DNA from: an uncultured Nitrososphaeraceae archaeon
GTDB taxonomy: Archaea; Thermoproteota; Nitrososphaeria; Nitrososphaerales; Nitrososphaeraceae
Assembly (NCBI GenBank): GCA_963837175.1
Contig: CAWIMJ010000005.1
Coordinates: forward strand, 1 to 64,000
DNA: 64,000 nt
Reading direction: 5' to 3'
The number at the start of each line of letters is the position of its first letter. Positions within the stretch are counted from its first letter, which is position 1. The translations under genes and the position numbers were made by a program. The notes under the pieces were generated by a model, which searched no databases, was not told the origin of the DNA, and saw only the letters and a list, made by a program, of their open reading frames with translations. Below, piece by piece: positions 44,913 through 57,099 of this stretch.

Positions 44913-45238
44913 AAGACAAAACTCATATGTTATCTCCATATATCATTTACAACAATTAAGATGTTATCTAAAATAATTAATTGGAATGAAATTAGACATC
45001 TGACTAACCAATTTAATAATTAATAAGCCTTTTCATTGATATTTATACTTATATAAATACAACATTAAAATTAATAATAAATGTATGTGCATTTGCTGGT
45101 AGAGTTATAAATTAAAGTTACAATGATTACTGCCACTAATAATATCTTCATTAGTTGACAGCTTGATTTTTTTTAAACGAGCCATCAACTAATAACCAGA
45201 TATCAATTTAGTATTTGATATATCAACAAAAATATATT

Positions 45239-45700
45239 TTATCTGCCAAATGGAGTCTTAAGCTCAAATCCTGCTATAGATGCTGCTGCATTGGGATCTG
45301 GGTCTTCAGTGGGTTCTTCAGTTAATTCAAAGTTCTTGTATGTATAGGGATTTGCCATGTATTGACTAAAGTTTAGAGTACCATTTCTAAACTGTCCTAA
45401 ACTTAGCTTGTAACCCAATCCCCCAGCATCTACAAGCCAGCCTTCAAATATATTTCCTTCTTTAGGTGAGGCATTTAAGTCTGCAGTAATATTTGTCCGA
45501 TGGCCATTTGAATCAACGGAAATAGATCCCATTTTCTCTCCTCCAAATGGTTTTCCGTTAGAAGATGCCGTAATATCACCTTTAATCTCTTGTGCTTCAG
45601 CTATTTGCATCAGCAAAAACGAGGATGTCGTCGTTGATGTTATCAGCAATACCAGAACCGCTGCCAGAGAAAAAGATGCAAATGTTTTTACTACTTTCAT
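45239..45700 (-). CDS. Secreted protein with an RskA C-terminal-like domain
   Basis: Signal peptide ending AEA|Q; FEGWLVD...LSLGQF...LTEEP motifs. Confidence 0.65.
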   Translation of the reverse strand: MKVVKTFASFSLAAVLVLLITSTTTSSFLLMQIAEAQEIKGDITASSNGKPFGGEKMGSISVDSNGHRTNITADLNASPKEGNIFEGWLVDAGGLGYKLSLGQFRNGTLNFSQYMANPYTYKNFELTEEPTEDPDPNAAASIAGFELKTPFGR

Positions 45701-45995
45701 TCAAGAATTATTAGTTTACAAACTATAAATACCGTCACTACTTATAATTATTCATCATTATAGTAGCAGTGGAAAATAAAACTCTCTATTACTATTATTA
45801 TTACAGATAATTCACATTAAATCTAAATAACAAAAAGTGACATTTAAGATCTCGATTACTTTTTAGTAAAAGAATGTCTACAAAACCAACTATATGAATA
45901 ATGTAAGAAACTAATCAATGTACACAATACATACATAGGATTTTTTATAGGCAGCAATAATAATACTCACACTCAATATCAAAGAGTAATGGTAA

Positions 45996-46575
45996 ATGCC
46001 ATACAACAACACCCCTCCGAAAATCTCTATACGATCGAATCTTTGGGTTATTATACCAATTAGTGCTGTGATAGTTGCGATTCATAGTGCTAATTTGCTC
46101 CTACTAAATTATGTTCATGTCTTTACAGCTGTACTTTGGACTGGGACTGACATATTTATGGCAATGTTACTAGGTCCAGTACCTGAGAAATGTAAGTCTA
46201 TCAACACGTAAAGAAGTTATTTCTTGGCTTATGCCAAAGATGGTGTTTTATATGCCAACTGTTGCTGCTGTTACAACAACTGCTGGTTACTTTCTTGCTT
46301 CTGAAATGGGTTTGATCACTCTAAACCCACCAGTTGTTTATTGGATTTCTGCAGTATTAGTAATTGTCGCTGTTATGTTTATACAAGGATTAGGTATTCT
46401 CCTACCTACAAATCTTCGCATATATTTTGAACTGAGAAAAAACCAGCCAGATATGTTAAGGATTCAAAAACTTATGAAAATGTATGTCAAAGTGGTTGCA
46501 ATTCAAGCAGTTATGCAGTTTGTTATCATTTTCATTATGGCAGAATTTGCTACAGGGTTTTTTATGAAGTTTTAA
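45996..46575 (+). CDS. Multi-TM membrane protein, one frameshift near 46185
   Basis: ORFs 45996..46211 (YVHVFTAVLWTG) and 46231..46575 join. Confidence 0.7.
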
Positions 46576-46750
46576 TCTATATCATAGAGATGTATTTATC
46601 GTTAATGTAATTAATAGTAATAATATATACTCCTCTTATGGCGTATGCATCGTCATATTCAAATTGCTTTGAGCCTCCGATTAATTTTAAGACACCTGAC
46701 TACTTCCCCCGAGGTAATTTTTTATGTAGTTAGAAGCAAAAATGGAGCAA

Positions 46751-47779
46751 CTATTTCTCTCCTCTGACTGCTAACGCCCAAGCGTGTTGTGAAAGATATT
46801 CTTTGGGCCATGGGATATCGAGCCCTCTCCACGAAATACCTGAATCAGTAGAGTAAAATACTCCGCGGTTGTTGACAGCATAGACTTCTCCTGCACACTT
46901 TGGATTTGCGGCAAGGATTGTAATCATTGTTCCATGTGGTTCGGGAAGGCCCTTTGAAACCGCTTTCCACTTTTCACCATCATTAGATCTTCTATATACC
47001 AACGATTCGGCACCTTCAAGGGAATGTGCTTCCCAGGGCCCTAAAGATGCTGATACAATAACAGTTTGGGGATCACCTGAATCGACAGCAAGCCCATAGA
47101 GATAATGATGTCTAAACCCCGCCGTCGGCCTCTTCCATGTTTCTCCGTAATCAAAGCTTTCAAAATAGCCGTCACCTGCCGAAGAGTATAGCCGTTTAGG
47201 CGCCTTTTGATGTGTAGCTAGAATGTGAGTATCATACGGGCCTTGATCAACTCGATCTATCCACGTTTTGCCATCGTCGTGAGTCTGCACAAGGGCTCCG
47301 GCCTCTATGGCAACGAAAACATAATCAGGATCCTTTATATCCGGTTCAATCCAACGCACATGATTAGTCCAAGGTCTCGGAGGAAAGCTCCATGATGTAG
47401 ATGAATCCAAATTGTTTAGGGCGCTCATTTTTTCCCAAGATCTGCCTCCATCATTCGATTTATAAAGTGCGGTCGGCTCAGTTCCCACATATACTTCATT
47501 GAACTCGTCATTCCCACGTTTCAGAGGATTAACTGAAACGGACATCACATCTGGACTGGAGATACTATCTTTTCCAACACTATCCCAATTTTTTCCACCA
47601 TCATCGGTTTTCCATAGACCATCACCGAACGTTCCGCAGTATGCGCGGTTTAGATTCCGAGGATCATATGCTATGCCTTGTGGATGGGTTCCTTTTAAGC
47701 ACTCATGAGTCTTCCATCTGATCTTTGAAGACTCAAACACGAGAAGTGATTTTTGCATTCCCGCTATAAGCGTCGTCAT
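46751..47779 (-). CDS. BNR/Asp-box beta-propeller protein (Ycf48/glycosyl hydrolase-like)
   Basis: TDDGGKNW, SNDGGRSW, THDDGKTW, SFDYGETW, STDSGISW and WSFPPRPWTNHVR. Confidence 0.88.
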   Translation of the reverse strand: MTTLIAGMQKSLLVFESSKIRWKTHECLKGTHPQGIAYDPRNLNRAYCGTFGDGLWKTDDGGKNWDSVGKDSISSPDVMSVSVNPLKRGNDEFNEVYVGTEPTALYKSNDGGRSWEKMSALNNLDSSTSWSFPPRPWTNHVRWIEPDIKDPDYVFVAIEAGALVQTHDDGKTWIDRVDQGPYDTHILATHQKAPKRLYSSAGDGYFESFDYGETWKRPTAGFRHHYLYGLAVDSGDPQTVIVSASLGPWEAHSLEGAESLVYRRSNDGEKWKAVSKGLPEPHGTMITILAANPKCAGEVYAVNNRGVFYSTDSGISWRGLDIPWPKEYLSQHAWALAVRGEK

Positions 47780-48549
47780 TAAAAGAAGGAAGAATTACCT
47801 CATATATTTAAGTGGAGTTACTCATGCACTTAAAGCATCCAAGAATGTCTTACATGAGTCAGCTCGGATCCTATGTTGCTGTTCGCTCACATTCAGTTTC
47901 AAATTTACGGTTTTAACCAAGGATTATTAGAACCAAGATCGTTTACTCCGATATACTCCTTTGTCTATTTGGCTGTTGCAGTTGTCATAACAGCTGTTTT
48001 GAAACTCTACTAATATTCTCTATTGCGTTAATTTGTATGCTTTGTCATCAAATAAAGAAAACAAAAGATTGAATCAATCAGCATTCTCATTATTTGATCA
48101 AATAAATTTGTAGATCTGCTCACATCCCCTGGCAGTGTGTTTGTTATGATATAGTAAGCTAGATCTCTTTGTAAACCTGAATTAATATACGCAGCTGCAG
48201 AATTAACTAGCCAATTGATAATACTTAATTAAAATGAATGAATATTCAGTAAGTTTTAGCAACCTGTAAATTGTTCCAGAAATTTGGTAACACACATAAT
48301 TCATCGTTCAAATCATATGTGGGATACTAGTCTAACATAATTTAAAATATGTTGAGCGAAATGATGATATTTCTGACCTTACGACTGCAACGGTTTTTAA
48401 TATATATCTATCATTTACATCTAAGTACTATAGATAATATGCAATGATGAAAAGAAGAAGAGATGAGAAATAGAGGATTGAATTTTAAAAACGACGCGTT
48501 ATTGATGTGTCTTATCGAGAAAGAAGGAAGAAAGGAATAAAAAACAAGA

Positions 48550-48966
48550 TTAAACCAGCCCTTCATTAGAAGATACCTTCTTAATTTCATTAACGATCTG
48601 CATTAGACCATCTGGCATTCCTTTGGAACCGTCAGTCCATCCAGTCGTATGAGCTTTATCATTAATTGTGACAGTTAAATTACACGAAATATACTTCGGA
48701 TCTTCTTCTTCAGGAGGATAATCAGTTTTTGTTCTAAAAAATTCATTTTTTGCAAATATCTCTTTCAAGTCATTTTCTTCTGAGTCGGAGATAGGTTTGT
48801 GAGATAAGTTGGCACCACTCACATCAGTTGAAGAGGTGAGCATTTTTGTTTTTGAATCGAATGAAATTAGCAGGTAACGTGAGGTTATTCCTCCTGATTC
48901 TGTATATTTGAAGCTAAAATCTGTAATCGATGAATTTTCCTTACCAGTAGTAGCATTATCAACCAT
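48550..48966 (-). CDS. Emfourin-like (protealysin inhibitor-like) protein
   Basis: FKYTESGGITSR...LTVTINDKAHT..WTD; resemblance from recall. Confidence 0.45.
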   Translation of the reverse strand: MVDNATTGKENSSITDFSFKYTESGGITSRYLLISFDSKTKMLTSSTDVSGANLSHKPISDSEENDLKEIFAKNEFFRTKTDYPPEEEDPKYISCNLTVTINDKAHTTGWTDGSKGMPDGLMQIVNEIKKVSSNEGLV

Positions 48967-49135
48967 AAATACAAAGGGAATAGAGCAGTTTTATACCTTT
49001 CGCAGCATTCATTTATGTTTTCTGCGTCAATATACGAAATATTAGATTTTTAATAAGATAGTTTCAATCCTCATATTTATATCGCAGGTTTTTATAACTT
49101 GTGATCAAATTACTCCTATTTTTTCTCTATATGGT

Positions 49136-49510
49136 TTAATAGTCGTTTGGTATGGCAAACCACGGTTCTAGACGGGTAGCTGTCTCATAATGTCGTATAG
49201 AGTAGTTGTTCACCTCTTCTAGTATCTTTTGGGCTTGAGAATTCTCCAATGTATCTATTGACGCCTTGTCAGTAAAGCGATGAATAATGTACCGATTTGA
49301 GCTAATACCAGCAGGCAATATTATAGTCGTTCCAAGGTATCCAGTAGCCGTTCTTTCATATGGAAAATAACGCCTAAGCCAGTCATTGTAATGCTTTTCA
49401 TAACCAGGTTTTATACTCCTGCTGATGACAGAAGTACTGTTTTTGAAGTATTGCTGTCTACCTCCACCTTACTCATCTATCGATACTTTTTTTTCGTATA
49501 TACTCTTCCA
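49136..49510 (-). pseudogene. ABM-monooxygenase-like dimeric barrel protein, disrupted
   Basis: Upstream frame VISRSIKPGYEKHYNDWLRR...GYLGTTI continues into YIIHRFTDKAS...LEPWF. Confidence 0.5.
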
Positions 49511-50173
49511 TTATTTGAGCTATAGATTATCTATTCTATGTTGGTAGTAGGATAAAAATTAAAATAACGCAATCACTCATCACTATATTCACCCCCTTAA
49601 TCTTCTTACCTGATTGCACTTATCGAAATAGATAGATGCGGAAGGAAGGATGTGCTTCATATCTTGATTACTATTTCTGGGCAACATTATATTCAATATC
49701 ATGAAAATCTAAAATATATCAAAACAATTTAAAAGGATATTATTAAAAACTAAAATTATGTATAAAGCTGAAATCATTAAGTATGTAGAAATCAAAAGCA
49801 TTAGAGAAATAATAGATCATTGGTAAAGTAAATACCGGGAATGTGTCAAATGTGGTTTGTCTGTAACTGATTCAGTAGAACCCGCAAGTACAAGAACATG
49901 GACAATAAAAGAGAAGTAGATATGTGAATAGCGTTTAGGTGTGTAACGTTTGTATAGAAAATAATAAGGAAGGGAAAAAATTATTTTTCTCATGCTATAA
50001 AGCGAAAAAGTACCAATAGTCAATCTGACAATATATGAGTCACAAATCCCTCATGTTTTGCCTACTACTCCGAGGGCAACTGAAGCCGGCTTGTAAAAGT
50101 ATGTCTGTTTCATATAGCTGAAACGATTATTATTTTTTCCTGCTTAGTTCGTTCGTTCCATTATTATTCCAAA

Positions 50174-50476
50174 TTATGTTATCTGTTCTATTATCCATTC
50201 TCTAAATTTTGTAATTGCAAAATCCTCAGATTGCTTGATAAATTGTGGATCCTTTATCTTCCATTGATTCTCAGGAACAGAATCAAAAAACTCTTGCATA
50301 CATAGAATAAATCTAAAGCGTAAATTCCGTGTGTTTTCAGTTGTTAGTCCGTAGCGATATAGAATATTAGCTATCTGTCCAAATGCAGTATCATAGTTTC
50401 TTTTAAAAGGTGGTATTTCAAAAGTATGGTATAATATTGAAGATATTGTATCTAAGTCTTGGCGAATAGTAATCAA
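50174..50476 (-). CDS. Hypothetical protein
   Basis: 100-aa ORF. Confidence 0.4.
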   Translation of the reverse strand: MITIRQDLDTISSILYHTFEIPPFKRNYDTAFGQIANILYRYGLTTENTRNLRFRFILCMQEFFDSVPENQWKIKDPQFIKQSEDFAITKFREWIIEQIT

Positions 50477-50840
50477 ATGTATATAGTATGATACCGAAGA
50501 TTAAAATAGTATTGTTAGCCTTCTTGAAGGAGACAGCTTGGGTAGGATATAGATTAAATTTACTCAAATTTGTAAGCCAGAATTATCTTTGCTTAATATA
50601 CTGCTACTATCACAATTATGCTGATATCGATCATCATCTTCTTATTCTACCACCACCGCCACCACCAAGATTCAAAACCAATATTGTTTAGTTAACTCTG
50701 GCTAATACCAATACTTATAGTAAAAAGAAGTTCGTATTCAATTCTCGAGGACTTACCTTTAGAGTCAGTCAGTCTTTTCTATAAGCTTGAAATATGTTTT
50801 TATTTGTTATTTACTTTTCTCCCATTAGGAAAAAAAAGAA

Positions 50841-51029
50841 ATGCCAGTAATACAAATCACAATAAGCCAAGGAAGGTCTGTTGAGCAGAAACGTGAACTT
50901 GTTCAAATGCTGACTAGAGAGACAGCAAGAATAATGAAAACAAAGGAGGAAAATGTAAGAATTCTAATTTATGAGGTTTCAAAAGAAAATTGGGGAAATG
51001 CTGGGACTTTAGCTCTTGATATGAAATAG
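50841..51029 (+). CDS. 4-oxalocrotonate tautomerase family protein
   Basis: Pro-1 (MPVIQI), GRSVEQKRELV, IYEVSKENWG; 62 aa. Confidence 0.92.
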   Translation: MPVIQITISQGRSVEQKRELVQMLTRETARIMKTKEENVRILIYEVSKENWGNAGTLALDMK

Positions 51030-51214
51030 ATTAGTAGTGCTGACTTTAAAATTAATGCAATATTTGATTAGCTATTGGAGTGTATTGATAGGAACATAGC
51101 ATATGCATGCGAGCATAAAAAATGAAAGGAAATTGCGCACAGAAGTATTATCAGGAAATACACTGCTTTTTTATAACGAGTAGATATTCTATAAATTAAA
51201 CCACTATATGTGAT

Positions 51215-51832
51215 GTGATCTTAAATATGGAAAAAAGCGACGGAAATGGTAGTAATATTGCAGTTAGTGATTACTTATTAGAAAAGATTATTCAGAGTAA
51301 ATTTGGAGAACACAATTTCATTCCTTACTCAGATATAGCCACTCTGAAAAATATTTACATTATATATTGTAAAACTTTACTTGAATCATTAAATGAAATA
51401 GTTCTACTTCTCCCCTATTATGAGTCTGTTACTAATGTATTTAATAATTTAAGGAAGGATGGTAATGTAGATGTAGAAAAGTACAAAAAAGAAGGTTCAC
51501 TTGTACTTGTAGAATCAAAAAAAGGATATTTCAGTTTAACAAATGAACTCGTCGGAATTACGATCATGATAAGAATGTTGCTTCAACGAGCAAGCAAACT
51601 AGAAAAGAACGGAGTAACTGTAATTTCAGATATGGGTTTATTCTTTCATATGAATAAAATAGAAGAACTGATGAAACAGGAGCAAGAATTACAATCATCA
51701 ATACATAACATGAAAGTCAAAATCTTTTGTTGTTATAATAACATTGACCTTAAAGTTCTTACAGAAGATCAAATACAAGAATTGCTTAAGCATCATAATA
51801 AAGTTCTATCGACAGAAACTCACTTCAGTTGA
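51215..51832 (+). CDS. MEDS-domain protein
   Basis: GEHNFIPY, GSLVLVES, VISDMGLFF, IFCCYN and LLKHH. Confidence 0.75.
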   Translation: MILNMEKSDGNGSNIAVSDYLLEKIIQSKFGEHNFIPYSDIATLKNIYIIYCKTLLESLNEIVLLLPYYESVTNVFNNLRKDGNVDVEKYKKEGSLVLVESKKGYFSLTNELVGITIMIRMLLQRASKLEKNGVTVISDMGLFFHMNKIEELMKQEQELQSSIHNMKVKIFCCYNNIDLKVLTEDQIQELLKHHNKVLSTETHFS

Positions 51833-52404
51833 TACCTCTATTAAGGATATTATATATAGACATATATATACATACATATACATCTGACGGTTTGAAGAAG
51901 GGTTAGTCGAGAAATTCATTTAAAATGGTACCTCTTAGAAGTGTCTACTGAAGACAACTTTACATTTGTGGTGGTTAAGATGCCAATGAAAAGAATGTGA
52001 ATTTAGTACGGAACATTTGATGTCAATTTATCAGTCTTTGTGAGGTTTAATGTGTCGGTGCGATAATACCCCAAAAGAATGTTTTAACCAGCAAAATAGT
52101 TGAGAATAACGATATACTTAGACTTTCTCTTGATATTTTTAATGTTTATAACTATGTAAATAAACTTGTATTCCTGCATTGAAAATTGGAATACGGTTCT
52201 TCTTCTAAGTATCATTACTAATAATAGTGAACTAGATTCTTTATTATTATATTATTAGTATTGTCTTTCAAATTTAGATATTCAGTATAAATTACCTAAT
52301 AAATAATGTAAATAATGCTTTATCCTCATCTTTTTATTTGAATATCATTTTTTAATTTATAGTAAGATATAAAAAAGGAATTCAAAATTGTTATCACATT
52401 AACA

Positions 52405-54876
52405 ATGTCTTTTATTGCATCTTTGGCATTAAGTGCTTTGCTATTATTATCAGTATTTCTAAATTCCTTAGGTTCTGCAGCTGTTTTTGCTCAGACAAAT
52501 GAAAAGAAGAAGGGATCGTTTATTGACGAAGTAAGATTTATCCAGTATCTGGATGACAACGTAGCACTAGAGGATGTAAAAGCAGGCAATCTTGGTACTT
52601 ATTTTTTTAGAATTCCATTAGAAGTAGCATCCGATATAAAGAGTAATCCAAATGTTAAATCCTATGATAGGATCTCCCAATCATTTGAACTTTTTATAAA
52701 TCCAGCACCATCTCCAAAAAATACTAATTCCATTAACCCATTTCAATTTAAGGAAGTAAGGTATGCCATGAATTATCTTATAGACCGTGAATTTATTTCT
52801 AATGAAATAATGAAAGGTTATGCTAAACCATTAGTTGATCCATTAGGTTATGATTCTCCTGACTATCTTAATATTATTGATACTGTAGAATCCTTTGGCT
52901 TTAGATATAATCCTAGTATTGCTGAAAAAATGATTGCTCATGCGCTTATGGCTGAGGGTGCAATAAAACAGAATGGAAAGTGGATTTTTAAAGGATCGCC
53001 TATTACTATAAAGTGTTTCATAAGAAGCGATGATCAACAAAGAAAATCATTAGGAGAGCTAATATCATCAGAGCTTGAAAAAATAGGCTTCGTAGTTCAA
53101 AAAGACTATGGCGATCTGAATAAAGCAAATGGAATCATATATGGATCTAATCCTCAGGATTTTCAATGGCATATTTACACATCAGCTACTGTGTCATCAG
53201 CATTTTCAAAATATAATCAAGGCATATTTTCTAGCATGTACGCACCATGGTCTGGAAATATGCCAGGTGCTCAAAATCCTAGTTTCTGGAATTATCAGAA
53301 TAAAAGTTTAGATGAAGTTACCCAGCGGTTAACATATTCTAATTTTACATCAGAAGATGAGCGAAATGAATTGTTACAAAATGCAACCAAAGCAGGAATT
53401 CAAGAATCTGTGAGGGTTTTCCTTGTAAAAGTTATAGAACCATATGTTGCTTCATCTACTTTAAAGGGTCTGGTAAATGACTTTGGAGCTGGCATAACGA
53501 GTAAATATTCCCTAGTAAATGCAAGATCTACTAAAGACAATTCTTCTTTGGATGTTGGTGTAAAACAGATCTACCAAGGTGCTTGGAATAACGTAGGTGG
53601 ATTTACAGACGCGTACAGTCAGAATATATATTCTGCCATAGTTGATAGCAGTACTTTTACAAATCCTTTTACTGGTGATATAACGCCTATGAGATATCAA
53701 TGGACAAATATTTCAACTGCAGGTCCACTTGATAAGCTTAAAGTTGCACCAGATGCGCAGTTATGGAATCCAAATACGCAGCAATGGAAAAATGTTGGTG
53801 ACAATGGTACCAATGCAAAGAGTAAAGTGACATATAAAATACTATATTCTAACTGGCATAACGGAATTCCAATGGACAAATCAGATTTACTTTATTCGCA
53901 GTACTTTGTCTTTGAATGGGGAACTAACACTGGACAAAATGATCATACAGTTGATCCTCAATATACCTCTTCAGCCGCTACAGCTATTCCATATGAAAGA
54001 GGAATTAAATTTGATGCGGACGATGAGGTGGAATATTTTTCTGATTTTTGGCATTATGATAAGAATGAAATTGCTGGTTTTGCTGCTTCGTCATGGCCAG
54101 CACAGCCCTGGGAGATAACAGCAGCTACAGAAAGGCTTGTGACTGGAGGAAAACTTGCATATTCAAGAGGAGAAGCAACTGCAAAGAACATTGATTGGTT
54201 ATCTTTAATTATCCCCCAACATGCTAATCTAATAAAAACAGAACTACAAAAAATGAAAGATGAAAGTTTTGTTCCGCCAGCTTTGAAAGGTATTGTCAGT
54301 ATAGATGAAGCAAAGAAACGTTACGATGCTAGCATAAAATGGATTACTACTCACAACCACGCAGTAATCAGCAATGGACCATTTTATCTTGACAGCTATA
54401 ATCCTTCAGGAAGAATAATGACTATCAAAGCATTCAGAGATCAGTCATATCCATTTGAACAGGGGCATTGGTCGTACTTTGAAAATCCAAAACTAGCTGA
54501 AATAGGTAAAGTTGAAGCTCCACAGTTTATTAAGATAGGACAACCGTCTAAGATACAAATATCCATAAAAGTAAATGGACAGCCATCCAACGATGCACTA
54601 GTAAATTATTTTGTCTCTGACAGAGATGGCAGATTAGTTGTTCATGGTCATGTACAACCACCGCCATTTATAACAAATAATACTATTAACAACCCATCAT
54701 CTGGCAGATACGAAATCAATATACAAGGAAACGAAACTTCAAAGCTTTCTGTGGGCCCAAATACTCTAAAAATATTTGCAACTAGTAGGGAAGCATACCG
54801 TCCTGATATCTCGACGAATATACTTTTGGCTATTCCTAGTGCCGCTGGCGGTGGTTCTTCTAATAGCAAAGGATGA
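52405..54876 (+). CDS. ABC transporter substrate-binding protein, family 5 (OppA/DppA-like)
   Basis: Signal peptide; NPFQFKEVRYAMNYLIDR, WHNG and ISNGPFYL. No permease or ATPase genes adjacent. Confidence 0.9.
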   Translation: MSFIASLALSALLLLSVFLNSLGSAAVFAQTNEKKKGSFIDEVRFIQYLDDNVALEDVKAGNLGTYFFRIPLEVASDIKSNPNVKSYDRISQSFELFINPAPSPKNTNSINPFQFKEVRYAMNYLIDREFISNEIMKGYAKPLVDPLGYDSPDYLNIIDTVESFGFRYNPSIAEKMIAHALMAEGAIKQNGKWIFKGSPITIKCFIRSDDQQRKSLGELISSELEKIGFVVQKDYGDLNKANGIIYGSNPQDFQWHIYTSATVSSAFSKYNQGIFSSMYAPWSGNMPGAQNPSFWNYQNKSLDEVTQRLTYSNFTSEDERNELLQNATKAGIQESVRVFLVKVIEPYVASSTLKGLVNDFGAGITSKYSLVNARSTKDNSSLDVGVKQIYQGAWNNVGGFTDAYSQNIYSAIVDSSTFTNPFTGDITPMRYQWTNISTAGPLDKLKVAPDAQLWNPNTQQWKNVGDNGTNAKSKVTYKILYSNWHNGIPMDKSDLLYSQYFVFEWGTNTGQNDHTVDPQYTSSAATAIPYERGIKFDADDEVEYFSDFWHYDKNEIAGFAASSWPAQPWEITAATERLVTGGKLAYSRGEATAKNIDWLSLIIPQHANLIKTELQKMKDESFVPPALKGIVSIDEAKKRYDASIKWITTHNHAVISNGPFYLDSYNPSGRIMTIKAFRDQSYPFEQGHWSYFENPKLAEIGKVEAPQFIKIGQPSKIQISIKVNGQPSNDALVNYFVSDRDGRLVVHGHVQPPPFITNNTINNPSSGRYEINIQGNETSKLSVGPNTLKIFATSREAYRPDISTNILLAIPSAAGGGSSNSKG

Positions 54877-55361
54877 GATAGAAAAAGAGGCTATTACCAT
54901 ACTCTCATCCATACACACATACTTATGTAAAATCTAGTATCTCAAGATAACTGCAAGCTTTCTTAATGATTAAAGACGAAAAAAAACTAACATAAAGATA
55001 AATTGATTCTTTAAGTAATCATCATAAATAAAAAGAAAGAAATAAAGTAACATTATAAATTCACTTTTAGGCTTTATCAGGTTTATAACTTAAGAAAATG
55101 AAATGGAACCAAACATTACCAACAAAAAGAAAGAAACAAAATGAATAATAATTAAATGATTCTTAAATAATAACAATACACCGATGAGTAAAGATTATTA
55201 CAAGCATGCTTCAAACACGTTATCAAATCCAAAGCCAAAGAAAGGTTTAGGATCACATCACTAGACAATTTGACCTGCTCTGCAAGACTCGAAAATATGA
55301 GTAAGGTAAGTATTGCACTGAAGGGGATCCAAATCAATTCTGCCACTCCGATCTTTATAGA

Positions 55362-55695
55362 GGCTCTGTTAACTTAACCACTCCCCCATTACTAGGAACG
55401 TTATGAATTTTATTCTGTTTGTGTACGCATATATGGGTACAATATAAATAATAATTTCAACCAGTTCCAAACATGCTATCTCTATTTGCTATCCTGTCTC
55501 CTACATGGAAAATGATTGTCAAAGCATTCGGTTCTATCTTTTCTATCTGTTGTACAAATCTTTCCTTCTATTAAGTTCTTAAGGCCCGTAATATCATAGA
55601 CGATGGTGCTTTAACCTTAGCCATCACTTGCAAGCATCATCCTCATTCATCGTAACTTTCTGACAACCGCCCATCTGTGTAAATGACTTTTCTAC
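55362..55695 (-). mobile_element. Degraded IS6 3' half
   Basis: IR GGCTCTGTTAACTTAAC at 55362; minus-strand fragments IYTDG, KDRTECFDNHFPCRR and HVWNWLKL. Confidence 0.85.
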
Positions 55696-55708
55696 TACTA
55701 TAATATCT

Positions 55709-56536
55709 TTATTTCTCAGCTGTCTCAAGATTTGATAATGACAAACAAAAATTGTCCTTTCTCTTGAGATAGAGAGATGTACAAGCAGAAAAGATAATCA
55801 TCAAGAGAGGACTCCTGTTATCTGTTATTGAAACTGCGGCATCTGTTAGAAAAATTTTGCAATTTAGGGTAACATTCTCCATTTCTGGAGCCACTTTGCG
55901 TTCTCTAATTGCTCATTACTAAGTTTTTTAACCAAATTAATTATATTTTGTTTTGCTACTTCTAATTGGTTTTTTAGTTGCTTAATATAGTCAATTAATG
56001 GTATATTTCTTTTGTATTCCTCAAGATCATCCATAGTTACATTATAATGTTGCAATACCTGAAGTAGTTTTATTTCTGCATCTTTTATTTCTCCATTCAT
56101 TTTCTCCACCTCTAACTCTTTTTGTATGAGATAATTAGGCAGCTGATCTAGTGGCATTCCTTGCTTCTCTGATAAGACAGACACCTTGTTTATAATATTA
56201 ATAAATTCTTCAGCTTTCATCCCACGCTTAAAACAGTGAATATTGATGTTTTCAATGAAAGATTCTACCAGATCTTCACTCAAATCCATCTCATCTGTTT
56301 TATTTTTTAGTCTGATAGAATCTGCAAGTATCGATAAATCCAAATCTTCATTCTTTAGGAGTAAAGCTACTTCTCTAAGTAAGTCAATGTCAGGAATCTC
56401 TTGTTTAGCGTCTTTTATGATAGCGCTTACAGTTCCAGCTCCTATGCCATTATCTTTGGCAATTTGGTCTCTAGAGGTTCCTTGAAGCCATTGTTTAATG
56501 ACTTGTTGTTTGATAGATTTTGGGACTCGGTTCCAT
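55709..56536 (-). pseudogene. N-terminal HTH plus coiled-coil protein; frameshifted and abutting an IS6 relic
   Basis: The frame upstream of ORF 55864..56343 reads KQQVIKQWLQGTSRDQIAKDNGIGAGTVSAII (HTH); the ATG at 56536 is out of frame by one base. Confidence 0.65.
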
Positions 56537-56644
56537 ACATTAATCTCATATCCTAAAAATGCTTACTTTATAAGATTTTGCATGGAGTTATTTGTTGATG
56601 ATTTTTATTAATTAAAATGCAAATTTTATGTGAGCGTATATACA

Positions 56645-56710
56645 CATCTGACGGGAATCTGACGATAATACGACGATTATCTGACCATCAATGACGAGCA
56701 TCTGACCACT
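56645..56710. repeat. Six helically phased (TCT)GAC(G/C) motifs
   Basis: GAC cores start at 56650, 56661, 56672, 56683, 56693 and 56704 (spacing 11,11,11,10,11). Confidence 0.75.
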
Positions 56711-56811
56711 TCGATGGAAAAGGTAATAGTATATACTAGAAAATAATTTCCTAAAATTAATTAATAATAATTTAGGAAAAAATTTAATCAGCTTAATCAG
56801 TACTAGGAAGA

Positions 56812-57099
56812 TTACTTAATATTATTTGCTGTTGCATCTTCTAATACAGAGCTTGCAGATAATCCGCCAGCTGTGCTATTAGTTGTATTTCCTGTTCTTT
56901 GAGCTATCATATGATTGTTATTATATTTGCCATTATCATTATTATTGTCATTCACCGAACTTGCAGATGTTCCTCCTAGAACCTGACCGAATACTGATAT
57001 TAAGTTACTTACTGGGAATACAAAAAATAATCCTAAAGTAAATGCTAGTATAACAATCAATTTACGTGTTCTCTTCATCAGTACCAATAAAAATTGCAT
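56812..57099 (-). CDS. Small secreted Ser/Asn-rich protein
   Basis: Signal-like N-terminus ending VFG|Q; GGTSASSV and GGLSASSV repeat. Confidence 0.5.
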   Translation of the reverse strand: MQFLLVLMKRTRKLIVILAFTLGLFFVFPVSNLISVFGQVLGGTSASSVNDNNNDNGKYNNNHMIAQRTGNTTNSTAGGLSASSVLEDATANNIK

